64,000 bases of DNA, taken from positions 236,966,001 through 237,030,000 of the forward strand of contig CM097885.1 in NCBI GenBank assembly GCA_044892525.1, given 5' to 3'. The stretch is from Schmidtea polychroa (lineage: Eukaryota). The notes below the pieces were generated by a model. The model worked only from the letters and a program-made list of their open reading frames with translations, was not told the origin of the DNA and made no database searches. Below, piece by piece: positions 41,097 to 54,111 of the stretch. The translations under genes and the position numbers were made by a program. Each line of letters starts with the position of its first letter. Positions within the stretch are counted from its first letter, which is position 1.

Positions 41097-41633
41097 TCAA
41101 AATTTCCTGTTCATATAACACATTTCACAATTATAATCGGATATCCTATTAATGAAACTGCAACCAAAACATTCCCACTCATTTATTTTAGATCCTTTCC
41201 TTTGACATTCACTTTCTGTTTTCTGGTGCCAATATTTACATGTGCAATTTCTATTTCCCATGCTACAGTTGTCACATTTCCATTCATTCCTAACCTTTAC
41301 ATTCACAGTTTCCATTTCACATTTTCGAACGTCTGAAAAGTATTTCGAAGTCTCGTTTTGTATAGACATTTTTCTACTTGGCATTTCGTTAATTGATGAG
41401 TAACAAACTTGGCATTTAGAGGTGCCCCTATCAATGATGTTATCACAATACTCACATGTTAAAATCCCCATATTCGATAAATTCATGATTTTCGGAACTT
41501 CATTTTCCTTGATTAGATTTCGATTCTTACAAGAACAATTTCCACAATATAATGAGCTGGATTTATTTTGCACATGACAATTGTGACATTTCCACGCGTT
41601 TTTGTACTTTGTTTTTTCCATAAATAAATACAT
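41097..41633 (-). CDS. RanBP2/NZF-type zinc-finger protein, paralogue of 28308-28811
   Basis: WKCHNCHVQN...CGNC, CEYC...CQVC, WKCDNC and WECFGCSFIN...CEMC; shares INEMPSRK with the other copy. Confidence 0.75.
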   Translation of the reverse strand: MYLFMEKTKYKNAWKCHNCHVQNKSSSLYCGNCSCKNRNLIKENEVPKIMNLSNMGILTCEYCDNIIDRGTSKCQVCYSSINEMPSRKMSIQNETSKYFSDVRKCEMETVNVKVRNEWKCDNCSMGNRNCTCKYWHQKTESECQRKGSKINEWECFGCSFINRISDYNCEMCYMNRKF

Positions 41634-42339
41634 AATAAATTCTGAAACTTCAAATGCTTTTTATATGTATTTTTCTTTAATATTGCGCAATCATCTCATC
41701 ATATAATAAAAAAGGAAATATTTAATTATACATATTTATCAAAACTCGAAGGCTCTAAACAAACAAAATATATTTTAAGAAAATTATCCAATTTATTAAT
41801 CTGATTTCTTAATCTATCTGGGCAGTTATATATGGAAAAAATAATGATGTAATGTTTATGATTCAATGAATTAATAAATTAATCTCAATAAATTCGTTGC
41901 TGATTGAATGTTAATTGTGGGGAATTGTGATTTAATCGCCAATGCCTCATATAAAAATTTTTCTTACTTATTATTAAAGTTTTTATAAAATAATAAAAGA
42001 TTTTAAGTTCCTTTTCACATATTTTATACTCATTAATATGACTCACGCATTTCAGTCGGCTATGTTCTTGAACCCGTAGGCAGAGATGGTGGAAAGCCTT
42101 TCAAATGTTTGTAGCACAACATTAAAGTATAATTAAAATTTTTAAAACCTTCCAAATATAGATTTACTAATACTTGCGATTTAATATACATTGTTACCAT
42201 TAGGTTCAATCAAAATGCTTCCATGGTGTTCTTGGTCAATCTTTCTATAAATCAATCTTTCTATTGAATTACCATTTTATTCAAAAGAGAAACGAGCTTA
42301 TGTATACTTCTGCAATCTAAAAATCAAACTCTTAAAAAT

Positions 42340-42421
42340 TAATAATAATCATAATAATAATAATAATAACAATAATAATAATAGTAATATAATAATAATA
42401 ATAACAATAATAATAATAGTA

Positions 42422-42497
<76 letters not shown>

Positions 42498-42500
42498 TTA
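42340..42500. repeat. (AAT)n microsatellite
   Basis: Imperfect AAT run. Confidence 0.95.
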
Positions 42501-43828
42501 ATAATTTAAATTATAACTCGAAGACAAATTAGAAAATATTTACGGTTACATAATTAACATATTGCAAGGAGAATAGCGGTATATTAAAAAATTTAAACTT
42601 TGCAATCATTTAATAATAATGCAAAGATGGTAATTAGGAGGAGCTTGTTAAATTTTTGATAACCGAAATAAAGATAAATAATGATCTAAAGAAAGTAATA
42701 TAAAAAATCACGCTTAAAATGGCACTTTCATTTTTTACAACAGCAATGTAGTTTCGGAGGAAGTGAAATCCATGAATTCTTCTTGTTTGCTCTTGGAGAG
42801 CCATAATGAGTGCCAAATGGTGAGTACAAGATATTTTTCAGCAATATATTCCGTTCAGTTTTCCCAAGATGAAAATTGATAAAACGACACAAGAATAAGC
42901 CTCAAGTTTCATATATAATATCCCATTACTATTCACAAATTTTCAATAATTTTGTTCTACATTTAATAGGAAATCAATTATGTATCCTATTAAGTTTCAT
43001 TTATTATTTAGTAATAGACTAAGACTCTTTTTATTAGACATATTTTTTAATTATATTAATTATTTTAGAAACGCTACTGAGAATGAAACATGTAATATTT
43101 AAAAAGAATAATAATGAAACTTTCCTTATTTTGAAGTGCATTTCCTCTTAATTGATTGGTTTCGTACACGTTAAGGTAATTCTAGTTAAAAGCGACTGGA
43201 GTATAAAAAAACAAAAAATATAAAATTAACATAAAAGTGAAATTTTGTCAAAAAATACACTTGAAACGGTATATAATATAATAAACAGAATGTTAGAGTT
43301 GTTGAGCATTTCCAAATTTTAAAATTATTATAATTGTGAAAATAATTCGAACAATTTAGTAAAACAATAAAGAGAACATCATCATTGATTACAGAAAAAT
43401 GAATCTCGAAGAAAATGTTGGAAGGTTAAGAAAAATCAAAGAAAAATCAATTAATTAAAACAAAAAATTAAAAATAAAACGAAAGTTGAGCACTAACTAA
43501 TTAATTCAAGTCAACAAATGGGATTGTGGAAAAAAACAAAATTTATTTTCGATATATCTGATAATTTAAAGATATGAATATCGCAAAAACAAGTATACGA
43601 TTGGCAGCTGTATAGCGGTAATGTTGCCAATGAGACATCATAAAAAGAGTAAAAATAATACTTTGTTTTCAGACTTTTAATGGAAAATGTGGAGTGTTGA
43701 GGTAATGATAAAATTTCATTAACAAATGTTATCTTTACTGAAGAAGCTGTGCTATGAGCATGCAGTAAAACATACAGATAAGTGAAAATATAAATGTATT
43801 CGTCGAAATTGCAAAATATTCTGTAAGG

Positions 43829-44240
43829 CAAGGGTGTCCAACCCTTTGATCACTGGGAGCTACATTTCTATTATAAATTTCCTTGGGATAAACTTCTAAT
43901 AAGATTCTCATGGACAATTGGTATTTTTTATCATTTGTCAAAGTTTAAATATACCCTGTCGTTACTATGTATATTAAAATGTGATGCAATATTATTATTT
44001 CTGTCTTAACGTTTTAGGGAGCAATAAAAAACAAAAAATAAAAATCATATAACCTTTTATTGTTTTAAAATAATACAAAAATCTAAATTAATGAGATATT
44101 TGACATTTTGGCATTTTTGACATTTTGGCATTTTTGACATTTTGGCATTTTTGACAATTTGGCTGATAATCACTGGATGCAATCATCTGTCAATCGTGAC
44201 CAATATTTAGATTTTATATAATTCATGTGGGAAAATGAAG
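43829..44240 (-). mobile_element. hAT element 3' end remnant
   Basis: TIR-like CAAGGGTGTCCAACC at 43829; minus-strand KSKYWSRLTDDCIQ resembles the hAT C-terminus. Confidence 0.5.
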
Positions 44241-44284
44241 AAATATGAACTTCCAAAGCACGATGAAATCCGCAAATAAACATC

Positions 44285-44925
44285 TATCAAATACGAATAT
44301 TTAACCGGATTCAATACTTTCCATTTATCATTTTTAAAATTGACGAAAGTAACATAAGTTCAATTAAGGTAAAAACGATGAGGAATGGATAATCCACAGC
44401 ACATCTCCTAAATTCGTTATGATTAGAATATAGAGACTGTTCAGTCACTTGAAGTTGGTGGGGATGAAAAGTTTAATCAACTTTGATGATTCCTTAAGAT
44501 ATCGTACGACTGCCTTGGAAACTTGAGAGATAATCTGCCCGGAACAAGATTAGATATTATACTTGATGAAAGTAATAATTCAAAACCAGGAATAGAAATC
44601 GTGTTGATCAAGCAGCTTTAAAACATGATATTACATACCATGCTAAAGATATAAAATCTCGACTAAAAGCTGACATTGATTTAATTCAAGACCTTATTGA
44701 AATTCAAGATCCAATGTTCAGTGAAAGTTTTTCAAGAGCAATTACAAAAACAACAATGAAAGCAAAGATAGGCGTAGGTGGAGGACAAAGTCCAATAGTC
44801 GTAGGTGGTCAAATTGATAATGATGATGAATCTGAGGTTGTAGCTAGTGAATTACACAAAGAATATCAAAATAATAAAAATTATTTAAAAATTAAATATT
44901 TGGTCAGCAGATTTAATTGAAACAG
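44285..44925 (+). pseudogene. Polinton relic: parvovirus-VP1u-like PLA2 domain running into an integrase N-terminus, preceded by a possible penton C-terminus
   Basis: PGTRLD (44538), then after a frameshift NRVDQAALKHDITY...SRLKAD...TMKAKIGVG, then ASELHK and, in a shifted frame, IWSADLIE. Confidence 0.7.
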
Positions 44926-47900
44926 TAAATTCGAAAAATAATGAAAAATAATTGTTTCGTTTTTCGTCACACTCGATTCATTTTGTCTTCAATTCATACT
45001 TCCACGATGTCTTGTGTATTTGATTCTTTCTTCGTTTGTCCTCATCTTCCGATTAAAACGAGAACTACCATTATAAAATATTTTAATTATGAATAGACAA
45101 TCCATGTTAAATTATACGTTAATATTAATAATATTTTTTTGTCACTTTTTCCAAGTCCGAGCTCGATGCCACTTCAACAACTTTGTACTTGGGTGCTTTA
45201 CTTGATTGATTTCTAATGTCCTAATCGTCTGTCAGCTCTCAGTTTGTGAATTCCTGAGTTTTCACTTAGAGTTCTTTGTTTTAGTGTTCTTTAAATTGGG
45301 TTTTTATTCTGTGTCTCCATTTGATGTACTCTTTTATACATAAATTCTGTGAGTGTTTACTTCGTTGTAACTTCTGGAGTGGTCTATCACAGTTAAAGTT
45401 TCTTTTAACGTCTATAGTGGTTATTGTCAACCACCTACAAATTCTTGGTAATTTTGAAACACCTACAACTTAATAAAATTTTGACAAGAAATTTTGTCAA
45501 AAATTAAATGTAATCGTTAATAAATTAAAACAAATCATTTTATTTTTTTGATAAATTCATTATAAAAAAATCATTCCTTCTAAATCCTTTCGTCAAATCT
45601 TTCTCGAGATCTTCCAACGGTTCCCTATTCTGTCACTACATTTTCGCCTTAAACCAGTCTCTTTTTGTTTTTCCTCATTATGTGGTGGATGTTTTTGTAA
45701 TTTCTGAATTCTTCACGTTTCTCTAATGTTGTGGTACCGCGCTGGATAAACAAAAAAGGTTTTTCAGTTTTTGGCCAACAATACTAACCCAAACAAATAA
45801 ATACTAGTGATTTCGAAAAGGTACATGTATCTACACTATTTCTTTACGAAAAACTCTGATTTGAAGCTTTGTCTGTCTATGAGTTAGTGCGGTACGAAAA
45901 AATGGCCAAACCTATGAAGAACCGTACAATTTCATTCCATAAAATTCATTTAGTTCTTTATAAATTGCATGACAATTCAACAAATATCTAACTGTCATAC
46001 AGAAAATAATAGATACGTTAAAATTTGTGGATAGTTAGGGATCCGATTTGTTTCTTAAAAATATATTACCCTGATGTACTGCGAAACGACACTTGGATTA
46101 AAAAACGGCTCTTTGACCTAAATCAAAGGAAAAATTAAAATAAATAATAAAAAGTGTTTTAAATAATTCAATTCCTTATTAAACTATAACATAAGTTACA
46201 AAAGTTTCTCTCTGTAAATGTTATTAGGATTTTGTCTTAAAAACAAATTGGTATAAAATAATATTATTTTATTTATAAGTTTTTACAATATGGTAATATT
46301 AGTTGTGCTCTAAAATATATTTATTTTGGAAACAAAAAATTCTTACTTGTGCTCTAACAGGATTAAAAAGATCACGTAATTATTTTAATAGAGCTTTTGT
46401 TTAAAATGAGCTATAATTTTAATTAGATGAGATCCTAAAATAGATAATCGAAAGCTTAAATAAATTAAATGAAATCTTAAAATTATTAATCTTAATACTA
46501 AATTAATTTTTTAATATATTTTATAGCTCACTTTTATTTATTTAAGAGCGCAGGTAATATTACAGCACAACTTAGAAATTTTAGAGCACACTCAATAGCC
46601 ATCCTTTACAATATATAATTTATTTGTTTTAATGTCACTATTTTATAGTTTTTTTTTAATATAATGACAATATCATTGAAAATATCGCCGTTAAAAGTTA
46701 AAAAACTTTAAAAGAAAAGATAATGATGATTATTACATTAATAATGTATTTTATGAAGGAAAATCTAAGACACAAATTCGCCAGAATTATAAAAAAACCT
46801 CAGTTCGACTGTAAATGATATTTGAAAGTCTATTACAGACTCGTAATGATGGATACCACTTAAAATGGTTGGAATGTCAGTCCGAATCAGATTACAAAAT
46901 TTTATTAAATTTTCGGGGCTAATATGATTAAACAGCTAGAATAACGCCGGATAATTTAAGTTAACAAATACAATGTTTCGATTCTCAACCGGTTTTATTT
47001 AAAAGGCTTACTACTTTCATTTAAATTATATTTTATCAAATTATTTCATGTAATGTAAAATTGATATTTTTTAAAAATAAACAAAAATTTTTCATTTTAT
47101 TTTCATTTTATTAATTACTGACACTGTACTCTTCTTGCCACAAAAATTAATGTTCATGTTTATTTAGAGCATGATATAACAATTATTAAAATTAATTAAT
47201 TAAAATGTTGAAAAGCAAGTTCAAGATTTCCATTAATTTTAATTGTCTTTGATGTATTTTTGTTTTGTATAATAATTTTGTATTCAATATTAATTAGAGT
47301 AAGTAGAAGGTAGTTAGTAGCCCCCGCAGCAAGGGGGGTCCCCCAAGGGGGGCTAAACGTTTTTTTGATTACGCAATTGCTGCGGGGAGCCACTCATATT
47401 TTTTTCAATACAAATAGGTAAGGCCTATAGAAAAAAGGCCAAGATTTCTCTGACCATAGTGAGGGGGTCTCCTTGGTCCTTAGATTTTCAATACAAAATC
47501 CGACTATCACTAAAAAAGCATGGTAATTTAAGGTCTCAGGATATTTTCAATAGAAAAAGGTGGTCTTCAATAAAAAAGCATTGTAAATTTTTGAATTACA
47601 GTAAATTAAGGTCTAGAATTTAAAATTAAAGTAAATTATGGTCTAAAATTTTAAATTTAAGTAATCAATTGGTTAAATAGGTAAATTAAAGTTCACATTT
47701 TTCAATTAAAGCAAATTAAGGTCTAAAATATTAAATTAAAGTAAATTATGGTAAAAAATTTTAAATTAAAGTAAATTATGGTCTAAAATTTTAAATTAAA
47801 GTAATAATTTTTAAAAAATTAAATTAAAGTAAGATTTTTAAATTTATTAACAAAAAGTTTGAATAACCAACAGCTTCTGAGAAAAAAGTTTTTAATGGAA

Positions 47901-48788
47901 ATTTTAATGGAATAATTTTTTTAAGATAATTTTTAAAGGAAATTTTAATGAAATAATTTTTTAAGATAATTTTTAATAGAAATTTTTATGGAATAATTTT
48001 CAAAGACAAAATTAGATGCAAATTTCAATGATAATAATAATAATAATAGTAATGATAATAATAATAATATTAGTAATAATAATATTTCAACCAAATACTA
48101 TACAACACATAAAAAATTAACTAAAAAAAGAACAAAAGCAAAGATAAAAAATTTATTCATTAAGTATTGGCTTATAACGTTTGTTTTTTTAATATTTTTT
48201 TAGATGATTTTTGTTTTAATCATTATTTTTTATTTAAAAAAATTCACACATAAAAAATAAAATGAATAGTTTTTATTTATTAACCTTACTCCTTATTATA
48301 ATAGTATGGTAAACTTCGAGTATTTTTTAGAAGGTACGCGCAACATAAAAGTTAAGAACCACTGATCCTTTACACAAATTACGTAAACATTAAATTTTGC
48401 TTTTAAATATATCAAATTCTATAATAATTATTCGATGATCCAAAAAATTCATCTATTTTCAAAATTAGAAAAAAGTTGACTTCATCTAAACAAAAAATTA
48501 AAATATGCGGTTATTTAGACAAAAAATAAAAATTTAATAATTCTTCGAATATACGGATATTTGGGTTAGGGTTAAACTGCAATATTACTCGAAAGATTGA
48601 AGAAAAATTTATTCTTTTCTGAGTGAAAATGTTTTATGTATGAAATTGAAAAAAATAGTAAATCTGATTTATTATATTTCTCTATAAAATTAAAAATTGA
48701 AAAATTAATAAATTTATTTTGAAACAAAAATAAAAATATTTAATATAATAACTCAAAATGAAATAAAATCTCTGATCAAATGTTTTCA

Positions 48789-49700
48789 CTAGATTGTATT
48801 TCCAGAATAAGTCGGCTGGATTGTGATTCGAGAACAAGTCAACTGTTTCCTAAGAAAGCTATTATTTATGGTGATAATTATAAAATTTAAAATGCAATTC
48901 AAATTTGAAATGTAGATAAAAGTGCGATTGAGTTGTGACGTTGGTTTAATTGCATAAACGAGTGCGGGAATTTGACACAAAACGAACAGGATGCTCGTTT
49001 CAAAACAAACAATTGTCAACTTCTTCACGGATTTACTGTTCTGGCCTTTATTAGCGATTGCAAATTTCAAAGAGTACAACACGTAAAAGATTGCGATTCC
49101 AGTGTATATGGTGATATTCACGACACAGAATCCAATGATTGATATCGTGTAATAATAACTCAATATATATTTAGGAATATAAGTCTTGATACAATTTGAT
49201 GTCCAGATGATATATGTCCGTAACGAAACCTCTATTAATAATTCAACTCCAATCATATAACCGAAAAATATGTATAAAATATGCGATTTATTCCACCAAT
49301 TGGACATTGGCTTAAATATGCTCATCATCCGGTCACCCGCTAAAATATCAAGTATGAACATTTGACTCATAATAATTATATTTTTGAAAAATATTATTAT
49401 TTCTCGTCCAACTGAATTCATCAAACTATCATATATCATAGTCAACATCTCAATAATATTTGTTAAGGACGCTACAATATCTATAATATTTATAATTTGC
49501 ATAATAACCTGAAAGGATATTCTTTTTCCCAGTATTATTTTCTTGTGTTTCTTATAACAAATAAATAATAGTATATTTAAACAAAATCCAGAAATCATTA
49601 AGGGATAATATATCATATAATGATACCATTCAGGAATAGTTCGCAAGAAAATATTACTTAGACATGTAGAATTATTTTTCGAATTAATATTTGAGTCCAT
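48789..49700 (-). CDS. Divergent class A (rhodopsin-like) GPCR, intronless, 303 aa
   Basis: About seven hydrophobic segments, N-terminal NxS/T sites, DRY-like GDRMMSI, CQIP in TM6 and NCILNFII in TM7. Confidence 0.8.
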   Translation of the reverse strand: MDSNINSKNNSTCLSNIFLRTIPEWYHYMIYYPLMISGFCLNILLFICYKKHKKIILGKRISFQVIMQIINIIDIVASLTNIIEMLTMIYDSLMNSVGREIIIFFKNIIIMSQMFILDILAGDRMMSIFKPMSNWWNKSHILYIFFGYMIGVELLIEVSLRTYIIWTSNCIKTYIPKYILSYYYTISIIGFCVVNITIYTGIAIFYVLYSLKFAIANKGQNSKSVKKLTIVCFETSILFVLCQIPALVYAIKPTSQLNRTFIYISNLNCILNFIIITINNSFLRKQLTCSRITIQPTYSGNTI

Positions 49701-49969
49701 TAATGGAAATATTTCTGATTTTTAAGACATTTAATATTTATCTTACCCAATCACACTCCCATCACATTATCCAATCACATTTTAAATATTTTTTTATTAT
49801 AACTACTGCAATAAATTTACAAAATAATTAACTATTTATATTTTTAAGATTAATATCTTATTCTAAATAATAGATTAGGTGAAAGCAAATTGATCAAACA
49901 TATAAACGAATTCGACACGTTTCGAATATTTTTTTAAATAATTAATCAGAAATATTTTAACTTAAAATA

Positions 49970-50444
<475 letters not shown>

Positions 50445-50621
50445 TGTTTCGATCAGCCAGAGGAATGACTTCTACCTGTGTCTGGCGGTGTGCGTAGTGT
50501 TTATTTTGTTTTTTGTCGCGTCTGTGTGTGCGTGGATGTTGTAATTGTTTTCTTGTTTGTATGCGCATACAGACGCGAAGAATTGGTAGGTTTTCGGTGT
50601 TAGATAAAGTTCCTTGTTAAA

Positions 50622-50925
50622 ATGGCTTCAGGTGTTAAATGTGATCCTTCAGTTGAAGATTATCTTAATTACATTAAACACAGATTCCAATATACAATCT
50701 TTGAACTCAACAAACCGAAGGATAGATTTATTCAATTAGAAACTGGGGTATTAGATACTCCTTATGAAAGATTCAGATTACACATGATTGAAACATATGT
50801 TAAAGAAGGTTGCTATGTATTATATGACTATCAGGGTACTTTGGCGTTTATTTCATGGAAACCAGAAACAATGTAAATCAATAGTCGTGTGATCATGGCT
50901 GCTTCAACATCAAAGATTGCAACCA
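50622..50925 (+). pseudogene. ADF/cofilin intronless copy with a premature stop, 3'-truncated
   Basis: MASGVKCD...YTIF...EGCYVLYDY...LAFISWKPE TM*INSRVIMAAS follows the cofilin fold; no introns. Confidence 0.8.
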
Positions 50926-50990
50926 ACATCTATCCAAACAGTCTTATTTCTGCTTCAAGGGATAAATCCATGATTATTTGGGATGACTTT
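50914..50990 (+). pseudogene. RACK1: RACK1 first-WD40 fragment fused in frame to the cofilin copy
   Basis: IATNIYPNSLISASRDKSMIIWD resembles RACK1 IAT..P.(F/Y)PD.ILSASRDK..I.W; the match is only ~25 codons long. Confidence 0.6.
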
Positions 50991-51100
50991 AGTAGTAGGA
51001 TTGGAGCTCCCCAGATCAGGAGCTCCCCGCATCACATATACCCCCTCCCCCCCCCCCCCGGGAAAAAAAATTTTTTTTTTTAATTTTTTGTTTTAATTAA

Positions 51101-51860
51101 TTGGCCTGGCGGGCTCACACTTTTTTTCATCCCAAAAATTAATGTTCCCACCAACGGATTTTATTGGATGATACCTCATCTTAAAGCCCAGTCCAAGACC
51201 TTTCGAATGAGCTATAGGTATCATATATATCTTTAATAGTTTTAATGTTATTAACAATTGATGACCACCATCTTTTCAACGTTAAATTATTATTATTTTC
51301 CAAAATATTATTAATTGGCCTGGCGGGCTCACACTTTTTTTCATCCCAAAAATTAATGTTCCCACCAACAGATTTTATTGACCGATACCTCATCTTAAAG
51401 CCCAGTCTAAGACCTTTCGAATGAGCTATAGGTATCATATATATCTTTAATAGTTTTAATGTTATTAACAATTGATGACCACCATCTTTTCAACGTTAAA
51501 TTATTATTATTTTCCAAAATATTATTAATTGGCCTGGCGGGCTCACACTTATTTTCATCCCAAAAATTAATGTTCCCACCAACAGATTTTATTGACCGAT
51601 ACCTCATCTTAAAGCCCAGTCCAAGACCTTTCGAATGAGCTATAGGTATCATATATATCTTTAATAGTTTTAATGTTATTAACATTTGATGACCACCATC
51701 TTTTCAACGTTAAATTATTATTATTATTCAAAATATTATTAATTGGCCGGGCGGGGACATACTTTTTCTCATCCCAAAAATTAATGTTGCCATTATCCGA
51801 ATTTATTAATCGATAGCTTATTTTGAAGCGTAGTCTAAGACCTTTCAATTGAGCCATAGA
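51101..51860. repeat. 214-bp subterminal tandem repeat (3.5 copies, plus a diverged copy near 52236)
   Basis: TTGGCC(T)GGCGGG starts at 51101, 51315, 51529 and 51743. Confidence 0.95.
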
Positions 51861-51914
51861 AGGTATCATCATCATTAACATCGGCAAAGTTATTAAAGTT
51901 TTACCGAGACCATT

Positions 51915-52700
51915 TTTCAAGGTCATTTATTTTTCAAAATATTATTTTCAAGGTCAAGGTCAAGGTCATTTATTTTTTCAAGGTCATTTATTTTTTCAAG
52001 GTCATTTATTTTTTCAAGGTCATTTATTTTTTCAAGGTCATATTTTAAAATTTAAATGTACAGAGTTCCCGACAACGATAATTATTCAACGATAGCTCAT
52101 TTTAAAGCCCAATGCAAGACCTTTCGATTGATTCATAGAAGGTATCATCATCATTATTATTGACAAAGTTATTAACAATTGATGACCACCATCTTTTCAA
52201 CGTTAAATTATTATTATTTTCCAAAATATTATTAATTGGCCGGGAGGGCCCCTACTCTTTTTCATCCCAAAAATTAATGTTCCCATTATCCGAATTTATT
52301 GGACGATACCTCATCTTAAAGCTCAGTCCAAGACCTTTCGAATGAGCCATAGAAGGTATCATCATCATTAATATTAACAAAGAGAATGACTCACCCAATG
52401 ACTCACCCAACGATGTCTAATATTTTTAGAACGATGACTCATCAAGGTCATTCCCAAGGTCATATGACTCATCAAGGTCAAGGTCATTTTTTTTTAATTT
52501 AATTTTTTTGTTTTAATTAAGTAATCTTTTTATTTTCAAGGTCATTTAATTTTCAAGGTCATTTAATTTTCAAGGTCATTTAATTTTTCAAGGTCATTTA
52601 ATTTTCAAGGTCATTTACTTTTCAAGGTCATTTACTTTTCAAGGTCATTTAATTTTCAAGGTCATTTACTTTTCAAGGTCATTTACTTTTCAAGGTCATT
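51915..52700 (+). promoter_or_regulatory. Arrays of TCAAGGTCA (~20 copies) and TGACTCA motifs
   Basis: ~17-19-bp repeats TTTTCAAGGTCATTTA at 51915-52040 and 52535-52700; TGACTCA at 52387-52472. Confidence 0.55.
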
Positions 52701-52741
52701 TATTAAAATAATTATTATTTTCTAAGTTTTTAGTTTCTAAG

Positions 52742-52882
<141 letters not shown>

Positions 52883-53374
52883 CATATATACACCGAGTCT
52901 ATCCGACAAGATATTCTGTCCCCCTATGGGTACTGTACACAAGGGTACTGCTCACATTCAACATGTCGTAAATTATTTTCAAATACAAGTTCAAAGTATT
53001 ATTATTTATTTTAACACGCACGGGAGTTATTATTATTATTATCATATATAGTCAGAGTTTATCCGACAAGATATTCTGCCCCCATATGTGTACTGCTTAC
53101 ATAGGTAATGGTTACAAGGGTACTTCTCACATTCAACATGTCTCAAAGGGTATAATATAATTATTATTAAATTCCGACCAACTTAAATCAATGAAGGGGT
53201 AGAACAAAATATATTACGTTGCGGTATTTTAAAATTTAAATATATTTTAAAAACGTATTTTGATACTAAAGTTTACTTAATTAACAAAGACATAATTATT
53301 GCACATGCTTTGCATAAATATTATTATTTTTTAAATTTTCAATATTTTCTTTTAAAGTATTAACACGCGCGGGA

Positions 53375-53433
<59 letters not shown>

Positions 53434-53439
53434 CATTAT

Positions 53440-54030
53440 TAGTGAAAACCTAAAATATTTTTTACACACACACACACAACCCCTCAACCATTATTATTAT
53501 TATCAATATTAAAAACCTAAAATATTTTCTACACACATGCACAACTCATTAACCATTATTATTATTATCAATATTAAAAACCTAAAATATTTTCTACACA
53601 CACATACATGCACAACTCATTAACCATTATTATTATCATTATTAGTGAAAACCTAAAATATTTTTTACACACACACAACCCATTAACCATTATTATTATT
53701 ATTATCAATATTAAAAACCTAAAATATTTTCTACACACACATACATGCACAACTCATTAAACTTATTATTATTATTATTATTATTGCAAATATTAGTCAA
53801 AAACCTAAAATATTATTTACACACACACAACCCACTAACAATTATTATTATCAATATTAGTGAAAACCTAAAATATTTTCTACACACACACACACACACA
53901 CACAACCCATTAACCATTATTATTATTGCAAATATTAGTCAAAAACATAAAAACACTCATAAACCATTATTATTATCAATATTAGTGAAAACCTAAAATA
54001 TTTTCTACACACACACACAACCCATTAAAC
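53440..54030. repeat. ~60-bp tandem repeat with CA/ATT microsatellite cores
   Basis: AAACCTAAAATATTTT(C)TACACACAC...TTAACCATTATTATT repeated about 9 times. Confidence 0.9.

Positions 54031-54111
<81 letters not shown>

Noticed and set aside
46271..46600. Imperfect inverted repeat, possible MITE
   Set aside because: TIRs are degenerate and there is no clear TSD.
51181..52345. Repeated ~95-aa ORFs (MLITLKLL...)
   Set aside because: By-products of the 214-bp subterminal repeat; the period is not a multiple of 3 and no domain is recognisable.
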